Of a stretch of DNA of 52,078 nt, positions 45,582 through 52,078 are shown one piece after another. The DNA lies in the IMG/VR virus record IMGVR_UViG_3300021062_000003, positions 1 through 52,078 of that record, one strand, 5' to 3'. The stretch is from a virus (lineage: Duplodnaviria; Caudoviricetes). Position 1 is the first letter of the stretch. Each line of letters begins with the position of its first letter. The notes beneath the pieces are model-generated. The model saw nothing but the letters and a program-made list of their open reading frames with translations, made no database searches and had not been told where the DNA came from. The position numbers and the translations under genes were made by a program.

Positions 45582-46373
45582 ATGAGTCAACCGAACAATA
45601 GCACGACCCAGGCACCGACGCAAGGAAAACCCGCCATCACGGTCGAACAGGCATTCGCCGACTTTGTGGCGACCATCCCGGCCGAAAAGGCCAAGTTGAT
45701 TGAACTAGAGTTTGAACGGCGACAGCAGGTTCAGGCTGCCAAGCCTGCCAAGCCCGTCGCCGGAAAGCGGTTCGTTCCTGAATCGCTCACGCCTGAAATG
45801 ACCGATCGGGCCGTGGTGGACACGATCTACCAATGCACCCGCGAAACCGATCCGGCGGCGCATGAGCGGATCAAGGCGCCCAACGCGAAGGTTGAAGTGC
45901 TGGGCTACTACGACATCAGCGACTCGGCCGATGGCGACCTTGACGTGACTTGCTCGCCTGATCCGACTCGGCTTTCTGGCTCTCGGAAGGCCGCGATGAT
46001 CGTCCGCATCATCAACCCCGACCGAAAGCCGATGTTGGTGGCTTGGCTCAGCCCGCAGATGTGCATGCTGATGAAGTCCAACGTGCCCATGAGCGCGAGC
46101 GCGGAGCTTGGCTACGCCTACCGCATGATGAAGAAGCCGCACGACACTCGCAAGCTGATCCCCGGCATCGCCTTGAACGACTCGCCCGGCCGGCACATGG
46201 TCGGAGCCGGACCCACGATCGTCAACCGCAGCCGCGAATACGACGGGGGCCATCAGCCGTTCAAGCCCGATGGAAGCTATGGCGGCGCCAAGCCTGGCGA
46301 GGCGTCGAAGGCCCGGCAGATGCGTGAGCCCGTCAGCGTTCCCGCCTCGGCGATCGAAGGCGGCAACGAATGA
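45582..46373 (+). CDS. hypothetical protein, opposite to flanking late genes
   Basis: Long ORF with protein-like composition (alternative start 45534), followed by a terminator. Confidence 0.7.
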   Translation: MSQPNNSTTQAPTQGKPAITVEQAFADFVATIPAEKAKLIELEFERRQQVQAAKPAKPVAGKRFVPESLTPEMTDRAVVDTIYQCTRETDPAAHERIKAPNAKVEVLGYYDISDSADGDLDVTCSPDPTRLSGSRKAAMIVRIINPDRKPMLVAWLSPQMCMLMKSNVPMSASAELGYAYRMMKKPHDTRKLIPGIALNDSPGRHMVGAGPTIVNRSREYDGGHQPFKPDGSYGGAKPGEASKARQMREPVSVPASAIEGGNE

Positions 46374-46406
46374 TCGGTTGACTCCTTTCTCATCGTGAGA
46401 TTGGAG

Positions 46407-46455
46407 GAAAAGGGCCGGCCGCCCCCGAGAGTGGAGGCGGCCGGTTTTACTTTTT
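46407..46455. terminator. intrinsic, possibly bidirectional terminator
   Basis: CCGGCCGCC/GGCGGCCGG stem with TTTT downstream and AAAA upstream. Confidence 0.65.
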
Positions 46456-46656
46456 GGATTGCTGGGCCAACGCGATCCGCATTTGCGAAATGGCGCATGG
46501 CCGGGTTGAGCATTGAGTTTCCAACTCGCCGCATCGACAAGTCCAAACGACGCCGATCTGTCGGATTGACGCAACATGCGTCTTGCCGCTCACGGTGATC
46601 TTGACATGCTCATCGAGACGCGGCGATCGAGTTGTGCGGCGATAGCGGAGGTTCAC
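46447..46656 (-). CDS. small Cys-containing hypothetical protein
   Basis: Coupled ORF; WTCRCG...C...C. Confidence 0.45.
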   Translation of the reverse strand: MNLRYRRTTRSPRLDEHVKITVSGKTHVASIRQIGVVWTCRCGELETQCSTRPCAISQMRIALAQQSKK

Positions 46657-47027
46657 TTCGGGTCGCCGGTCGTAAAGCTCCAGATGGCGCCCTCGACGTA
46701 CTTGACTTCGCCCAAGTTATAGACGACCCAGTAGTACGTCGTGTTCGCCATCAGGTTGTCAACGTGAATGGTTTCGGTCCACGGACCAGAATGCAGCGGA
46801 ACCCCTTGCTCGATGTCCTTGGGGTCCGTCGCCATGAACACGAACACTTCCTTCGTGCCGGCCCCGTTGACCCAGCACAGGTCAATGCCGTCATCAGGCG
46901 AGATTCCAGTTGACGTGTCCTCGGGCAGCGGATTCGACGGACGATCAGGCGGTGGACCGACCAGGGCGACCATCATGCAGGCACACAACACCGACAGACA
47001 ACGAGCCTTCCACGTCAAGCGATTCAT
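46653..47027 (-). CDS. secreted Fn3-like single-domain protein
   Basis: Signal-like N-term; LMANTTYYWVV...EGAIWSFTT resembles the repeats in 18558..20690. Confidence 0.65.
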   Translation of the reverse strand: MNRLTWKARCLSVLCACMMVALVGPPPDRPSNPLPEDTSTGISPDDGIDLCWVNGAGTKEVFVFMATDPKDIEQGVPLHSGPWTETIHVDNLMANTTYYWVVYNLGEVKYVEGAIWSFTTGDPK

Positions 47028-47198
47028 ACAAACTCTCCTTTTCCTGTTTCAATCCCAAACCCACCATCGACCGGCGCAATTAGTCACTGAATCAACACCG
47101 GGCACGCAAAACGTACCATCCATTTTGGAAAAAACCACCGAACGACACCCTTACAAACCGACAATTAGGGAATTGTTTTTGGGACACGCAAGGCCGCC

Positions 47199-47214
47199 GT
47201 CCCCAATTGGGGAC
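47199..47214. repeat. palindrome copy 10 (long intergenic region)
   Basis: Perfect match. Confidence 0.98.
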
Positions 47215-47514
47215 AAAAAGATAGCTGGCCCGGTCATCTGATACATAACCGGGCCAGCATCGCCATCCGGCTCCACGCCATTCCGAGATCATCATGACAC
47301 GCTCCAGCCCGCCAAGCAAGCCCAAAATGCCGACATTCACACAAATTCTAGGGCGACTTTCCGATGGATTTAGCCTGAATCACGTCGTAAGTTGTTGTGT
47401 CAGTTGAGTTTGCCATCCACCCGCGCTTCCCCGGAGGGGAGCCTACAAGTCCTGATGGAACCCGCGACCGCCTCCACGCCGTCGCCATAATGCAAAGACC
47501 ATCAGGATTGAATC

Positions 47515-47539
47515 AGCCCGGACTTGTTCCGGGCTTTTT
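47515..47539 (+). terminator. intrinsic terminator
   Basis: AGCCCGGA-5 nt-TCCGGGCT + T tract. Confidence 0.7.
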
Positions 47540-48158
47540 CATGAGCAGCGGCCCGCCAAGTTCGTTCTGAATTCTTGCGGCAAAGCCTCTGGACAACTCC
47601 TCTCGCTCGAACTCCGATTCAGCCGTTGTCTCAATGAGGATGGGGCACCCGCGGAATCTGATGCCGGTGTCGATGATCCGCCGATTCGAGACAACCATGT
47701 ACTCAGCGCTTGGCATGTCGAGCTCCATTTTCAACCTCGCTGGGTCCAGGGCTCCCCGTGCACGGGTTTCGGCGCCAGTTCCTAGGTTTGGCGCCATCTG
47801 GACCCTCTTTGAGGTAGAAAAGCCGGACGGCTCACGGAAAATGAAGCCGTCCGGGCATCGGCAAAGGTCGCCGAGGGGTAATCGAAAAACGGGTCGGGGC
47901 TCCCTGTTGGCAGGTTTCGCCAGTGCGGCTCTAGAACGACACCGGCATCCGACCCTTTCGCGTAAGGGTTCAAAGCCCGCCGAAGCCGTGTCCAGCAAGC
48001 GGCGGATTTGGCACGCGAACCTTCTGGCAAGGGACACCGGCCAGAAACAGTTGAACGTGCCCAAGCCTCAGAACAGCGCGTCCGCCGTCGCTGAGTCATG
48101 TCCCGGTATTTGCCGGGACGGCCGTTGCCAGATTCTCTCCAACGGCACAGAAGTCAAT

Positions 48159-48194
48159 ATGTTACTTGACAAACAACCGGGTGTCAAGCACAAT
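48159..48194. promoter_or_regulatory. overlapping divergent sigma70-like promoters
   Basis: + strand TTGACA(48166)-17-CACAAT; - strand TTGACA(48187)-17-TAACAT; forms CTTGACA-N10-TGTCAAG. Confidence 0.6.
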
Positions 48195-48203
48195 GGAACC
48201 GGA

Positions 48204-48530
48204 ATGAACACCCCACCACCCAGCCCAGTCTACCAGATCATGCCCTGGCCCGGCCTGTTCAAGCTCCTGCCCTCCAACCCCGCCCCAGTCACGCTGCACG
48301 TCAGGACCACAGGTGCGACGATATGGTACCACCTAATACGGGGCCAATGGGTGCGGTATTCGGGCTTTATTGAGCACGGTAATACGCCAAATCGGCCATT
48401 GGAGGTGGGCGGGCATGGGAGAGAGGGCATTGTTCCCCTGCCGCCGCCGCCAACTGCAAACCCCGGCTTGTCGACACCCTACCCCCGGCAGTCTCCGAGC
48501 GGTGGACCGACCCCATTCTTGACCCAATGA
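48204..48530 (+). CDS. hypothetical protein
   Basis: ATG just after the rightward promoter. Confidence 0.4.
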   Translation: MNTPPPSPVYQIMPWPGLFKLLPSNPAPVTLHVRTTGATIWYHLIRGQWVRYSGFIEHGNTPNRPLEVGGHGREGIVPLPPPPTANPGLSTPYPRQSPSGGPTPFLTQ

Positions 48531-48553
48531 ACGCGGTTTTCGCCCGTTCGAGT

Positions 48554-48569
48554 GTCCCCAATTGGGGAC
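48554..48569. repeat. palindrome copy 11 (before the HTH gene RBS)
   Basis: Perfect match. Confidence 0.98.
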
Positions 48570-48588
48570 GAAAGGTGATAGCAGACCA

Positions 48589-48987
48589 ATGGCGCGTGGC
48601 AAGGCTGATCGTGGTGTGTTATCCCGCTTGGCGTGGGTAAAAACGCGGAATCGTGCCATTGCGGCCCGTGTGAAAGGGGGATACAGCATCACGCAAGTAG
48701 CCGCACGCTATCAACTGAGGCGTGAACAGGTCCGGGAGATCGTCCGGGCCGAGCTTGGGTATCTGCCGCCAGCCAGGAAGGGGAAAGGCTCTACTGCGGC
48801 CGTAATAGCGGGCTTGCAGGCCGGCAAATCGGTCGCAACCGTGGCGCGGGAAGGGTCGCTGGGACGGGATGCCGTCCGCCGAATCCGTGCCGAATGCATC
48901 GCCGCCGGCGTAATCCTATGCTATCACTGCACTTGCACGCCAAAGCACGTGTGCAATACAGCCGGAAACGTCAATCCATCCGCATAA
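48589..48987 (+). CDS. tandem HTH transcription regulator (Mor/sigma-region-4-like)
   Basis: RNRAIAARVKGGYSITQVAARYQLRREQVREIV and AGKSVATVAREGSLGRDAVRRIR. Confidence 0.7.
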   Translation: MARGKADRGVLSRLAWVKTRNRAIAARVKGGYSITQVAARYQLRREQVREIVRAELGYLPPARKGKGSTAAVIAGLQAGKSVATVAREGSLGRDAVRRIRAECIAAGVILCYHCTCTPKHVCNTAGNVNPSA

Positions 48988-49280
48988 ACGGATGATATCC
49001 ATTGATCCGGATGAACGGATTGAGGGCACGGGCCGGCCCTGTGGGCTGTTGAGTGGTGAGGGGGTATGTCGACCAGGGTATGAGGGCAGAGAGGGATTCT
49101 GGAGGCAATGCGGGGCTTGGATGAGGGCGAGGCGCTGCTGATGCGAAAACGCGATGGCGTGATCTGCTGCGGCTCCGATGTACCGATGTATGATACATTG
49201 GTACTTTTTGCCCACATCCGCGTTTTCGAACCCAAAAACGACAATCGGCCCGACTGGAGCCGGGGCCGATTGCAGGAGTT

Positions 49281-49296
49281 GTCGCCAATTGGGGAC
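49281..49296. repeat. palindrome copy 12 (one mismatch)
   Basis: GTCGCCAATTGGGGAC. Confidence 0.93.
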
Positions 49297-49300
49297 GATA

Positions 49301-49594
49301 TCAGGGATTGCCGGCCGTCGCGGCGTCCATGCAGCGTTCGTATTCGATGTCGACGAGGGTGCGGGCGGCCCAGTAGGCCAAGATGCAATCCAAGGGGTTG
49401 CCGCCGTTGGCAATGGTTTCTTGGACGCAATGCTCTTGCTCGGCCATGGCGGCCCGGATCGCCTCATTGGCGTCAAGGAGGCATTGCTCGTATGCCGTGG
49501 GCGGCGGCGGATCAGCCGCGGCGGGTTGGGGCTGGGGTGCGAGAAGGACGGCCGCGAAGATGGCGGCCCCGATGAGGGCGAGGGGTGTTTTCAT
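49301..49594 (-). CDS. small secreted Cys4 helical protein, probably leaderless
   Basis: Signal peptide MKTPLALIGAAIFAAVLLA; promoter TTGCCA(49630)-18-TATCAT 6 nt before the ATG. Confidence 0.7.
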   Translation of the reverse strand: MKTPLALIGAAIFAAVLLAPQPQPAAADPPPPTAYEQCLLDANEAIRAAMAEQEHCVQETIANGGNPLDCILAYWAARTLVDIEYERCMDAATAGNP

Positions 49595-49773
49595 GCCGGG
49601 ATGATAACAAGCGTTCGCCGGCCGTGGCAACCAGGAGGACGAGGAGGAGCGCCAGGGGGCTGTGCCCGACATGAAGGGCGACCACGATAGCAGCGGTGAG
49701 ACGGGGAATGCTCATAGCCAGCATCATCGGCATAAAAATGTTGCTTCTCAACAAATATTTTCAAGAATCCCCC

Positions 49774-49801
49774 TTGACCGGCCCGAATATCGTGATATCT
49801 T
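49774..49801 (+). promoter_or_regulatory. early sigma70-like promoter
   Basis: TTGACC-16-TATCTT with extended -10 TG and an AT-rich upstream tract. Confidence 0.6.
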
Positions 49802-49863
49802 ACTTGAGAAGCAACATTTACTCGGCAACGTGCTGGATTAGACCCCTCTTTGGAGATAGCGAC

Positions 49864-50076
49864 ATGATGAACCCAGCCTACAAAGTCGGCGAAATCGTCG
49901 AAGTGAAGCAGCATTACGGCTATCCACAGCCGGTCTGGCTTCCCGCTCTTGTGGTGCGACTGGAGCCGTATCTTGGGCAGCCCGGCTATTACGTTCACTA
50001 CACCGGCGCGACAGAGCAATGGGATTGTCACGGCGGATGGACGTTTGAAGCCCGCATGAGACGGCCGGCCGCCTGA
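49864..50076 (+). CDS. small early protein
   Basis: GGAG RBS; YKVGEIVEV start suggests an SH3/Tudor-like barrel. Confidence 0.7.
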   Translation: MMNPAYKVGEIVEVKQHYGYPQPVWLPALVVRLEPYLGQPGYYVHYTGATEQWDCHGGWTFEARMRRPAA

Positions 50077-50161
50077 CTCACCCTCACCCGCCTATGGCAA
50101 TAGGCATCGGCCAACCGGATCACAGGTTGGAGACAGCGGCGGGAGCCGCAAGGAGTGCCAG

Positions 50162-50413
50162 ATGACGACCCAAGTAACCAAGACAATCGTGGTGCGGTGG
50201 GAAAACGAGCTCGGCGGCCGGCTGATTGCAAGATGCGAGGAGGATCACACGCTCGACAGCAACACCGTCCGTTGGGCAGACCCAATCACAGCCAAGTCCG
50301 ACTCATGGGCTATCGCACACGCCGTAACCGAAATCAACGGCGCGGAAATCAGTGGCGTCGATCACGATGGCGACACAGTGATTGTAACGGTTGACGGCTC
50401 CGTGCAAGAGTGA
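50162..50413 (+). CDS. small early protein
   Basis: AAGGAG RBS. Confidence 0.7.
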   Translation: MTTQVTKTIVVRWENELGGRLIARCEEDHTLDSNTVRWADPITAKSDSWAIAHAVTEINGAEISGVDHDGDTVIVTVDGSVQE

Positions 50414-50498
50414 TCCGCATCCTTCCCCCGGCGCGTGCGTGACCGCGCCGGGGGTGTCTTTGAACCCTATGGCAATAGGCAGAACTGGAGATGGCACG

Positions 50499-50774
50499 AT
50501 GAGCATCGCATTAGAACTTGACATGGCTGAGAATCTTCGCGGCAAGCTGTCGGACGCTGTGAGACGACGACTGCTTGCCTATGACGCCAGCCCAACCAGC
50601 GAACTGTGGAACGACATTTATAGCATTATCGTCGGCCCGCATGGATTTACAGTGTGGCTGGCGTGGGTTGCCACTTCTGCGAACGCGCCGCAGCACAAGG
50701 ACGACAGTGGCCACTGGCCGCGGCACCCGAGCCGTCATGAATTCCGCCGCGCGTTGGCCTACGCCACCCACTGA
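50499..50774 (+). CDS. small early protein
   Basis: GGAG RBS; PTSELWNDIYSIIV...TVWLAW. Confidence 0.7.
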   Translation: MSIALELDMAENLRGKLSDAVRRRLLAYDASPTSELWNDIYSIIVGPHGFTVWLAWVATSANAPQHKDDSGHWPRHPSRHEFRRALAYATH

Positions 50775-50821
50775 CTCACCCTCACCCCGGTCAAGCGCTG
50801 GAGATCGCTGGAGATTCAACA

Positions 50822-51046
50822 ATGAGTACGTACACCGCATTATTTTCGATAGCCGTCAAGGCTGATAGCGAGGCCGAGGCAATGGAAAAAATAGATGCAA
50901 AACTCGATTCGTGCCAAGAGATTCGGCTTGTTGGGCTTTTCAAAGCGACTCCCGAGCAGGCGTCTGAGCGAGAAGTAATGCTAAACCACATTCGCAACGA
51001 CCTGGGGCCGACGTTGGCCGATTTGATTGGAGAGGATGAAGAATGA
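50822..51046 (+). CDS. small early protein
   Basis: GGAG RBS; AVKADSEAEAMEK pattern. Confidence 0.7.
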   Translation: MSTYTALFSIAVKADSEAEAMEKIDAKLDSCQEIRLVGLFKATPEQASEREVMLNHIRNDLGPTLADLIGEDEE

Positions 51047-52078
51047 CCGCACCCCTTCGCCTGTCAACTGATGACGGCTTCGACGGCCTTAGCGTAACCG
51101 AGTTGCGCACTCGCGTCCGTGCCCATATAAAGGCGCATTCGCTGCCGATCCGCGGTTCTGCCGTGGTATCGGCGCGTCGTGAGGACTTGCTATCACTCCT
51201 TCGGGGTGAAGTCTCGACGTTGGAGGATTCGACCATTGCCCAAGGCCAAAGCCTCGACGCGGTGATTCGTGCCATCGTCCGGGATGAAGTCTCGGGTATG
51301 GACCTTGAAGCCACCACGGCAAAGACCGTGTTGGAAGTGCGATTCGGCGACCGGCCAGTAGTTGAACTGGAAGGGACGCACCATGAAGCACTCAAGCCAG
51401 CCTTGACCCTGATCGGCCGTGGCGAGCAAAACCTATTCATGGTCGGCCCGGCGGGAACTGGCAAAACCACCTTGTCCCACGATATCGCGAGGGCGCTCAG
51501 TGTTGACTTTGGTTTCCTGTCTCTCTCGGCAGGCATCGGCGAGCATCATCTATTCGGCCGCGTGCTGCCACAAGCTGACGGATCATGGAAGCATGTCGCG
51601 GCCCGGTTCTGTGAAATCTACCAAAGTGGCGGCGTGTTCCTGCTGGATGAAATCGACGCAGCAGACCCGAACTTGATGGTTGCGATCAATGCGGCCCTCG
51701 CGAATGGGAAGATGTCCAACCCCGTTTCCGGCCAGGTCATTGAGCGGCATAGAGAGTGTATCATCGTCGGAGCGGCCAACACCTTCGGGCATGGCGCCGA
51801 TCGGCAGTACGTGGGACGCAACCAGCTTGACGCCGCAACCCTTGACCGCTTCACAATGGCGACGATCTTCGTTGACTATTCGCCGGCCATCGAATCGGCC
51901 ATCTGTGACAACGAGCAAATCATCGAATGGGTTGCGGCCGTCCGCAAGGTGATAGCAGACCACAAGCTACGCCGCATCTGCTCGACGCGGACCCTCGAAC
52001 GTGCGGCCCGTCATCGCACGGCCGGCGCGTCGATGAATGAGATCAAGGCCGCTTACTTCGTGTCGTGGTCCGAAGATG
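51043..52078 (+). CDS. MoxR/CbbQ/NirQ-type AAA+ ATPase (continues to 162 across the join; absent from the ORF track)
   Basis: Translated by hand: MVGPAGTGKTT Walker A, FLLDEIDAAD Walker B, AANTFG sensor, YVGRNQLDAATLDRF arginine finger. Confidence 0.9.
   Translation, partial: MTAPLRLSTDDGFDGLSVTELRTRVRAHIKAHSLPIRGSAVVSARREDLLSLLRGEVSTLEDSTIAQGQSLDAVIRAIVRDEVSGMDLEATTAKTVLEVRFGDRPVVELEGTHHEALKPALTLIGRGEQNLFMVGPAGTGKTTLSHDIARALSVDFGFLSLSAGIGEHHLFGRVLPQADGSWKHVAARFCEIYQSGGVFLLDEIDAADPNLMVAINAALANGKMSNPVSGQVIERHRECIIVGAANTFGHGADRQYVGRNQLDAATLDRFTMATIFVDYSPAIESAICDNEQIIEWVAAVRKVIADHKLRRICSTRTLERAARHRTAGASMNEIKAAYFVSWSED
51952..52078. repeat. 127-bp terminal direct repeat, copy 2
   Basis: Identical to 1..127. 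Confidence 0.97.

Noticed and set aside
47924-47990. tRNA-like T-loop GGGTTCAAAGCCC
   Set aside because: I could not build an acceptor stem, D-arm or anticodon arm
47513-48064. Minus-strand ORF upstream of the late region
   Set aside because: Only the last ~67 codons look plausible and no motif supports it
48572-48588. 17-bp exact repeat AAGGTGATAGCAGACCA, also at 51946-51962
   Set aside because: A single pair in unrelated contexts; borderline for chance in 52 kb and no integrase to make it an att core
2423-49296. CRISPR array or MITE explanation for the palindromes
   Set aside because: Copies are kilobases apart with no regular spacers, no cas or transposase gene, and no shared flanks or target duplications
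49108-49575. + strand ORF that would read palindrome copy 12 as LSPIGD
   Set aside because: Poorly spaced RBS and heavy overlap with the better supported minus-strand secreted gene; not counted as intragenic
1-52078. Integrase, reverse transcriptase/DGR, DNA polymerase, tape measure, ParA
   Set aside because: No diagnostic motifs seen in any ORF; absence is by eye only

Overview
The window is an apparently complete, circularly assembled tailed-phage genome of about 51,951 bp: bases 1-127 repeat exactly at 51952-52078, and an AAA-ATPase gene reads through the join. It looks podovirus-like, with terminase, portal, scaffold, major capsid, adaptor/nozzle-like and large ejection-like proteins and no tape measure. 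Layout: early genes on + (~49.8 kb through the join to 6.0 kb), a replication/recombination operon on - (6.1-12.8 kb: primase, SF2 helicase, HNH, HTH protein, RecT, YqaJ), a middle operon on + (12.9-18.1 kb) and morphogenesis/lysis on - (18.5-47.0 kb). I recognised no integrase, DNA polymerase or endolysin. Several motifs suggest a Planctomycetota (Phycisphaerae-like) host; this is inference. The most striking signal is a 16-bp palindrome, GTCCCCAATTGGGGAC, present in 12 copies (10 perfect, 2 with one mismatch). Seven copies are intergenic, several at operator-like positions. Five lie inside genes and always read S-P-I-G-D, and one of these sits just after the predicted recognition helix of the phage's own HTH protein. 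Other highlights: CsrA-type CANGGANG hairpins at late-gene start regions, a GH56 hyaluronidase-like protein with a dockerin-like motif, a degenerate mini citrate-synthase plus sulfotransferase pair in the virion module, a Tad1/Acb2-hairpin sponge candidate and an ArdC-N/methyltransferase fusion. All family calls come from motif recognition by eye; no database searches were run.
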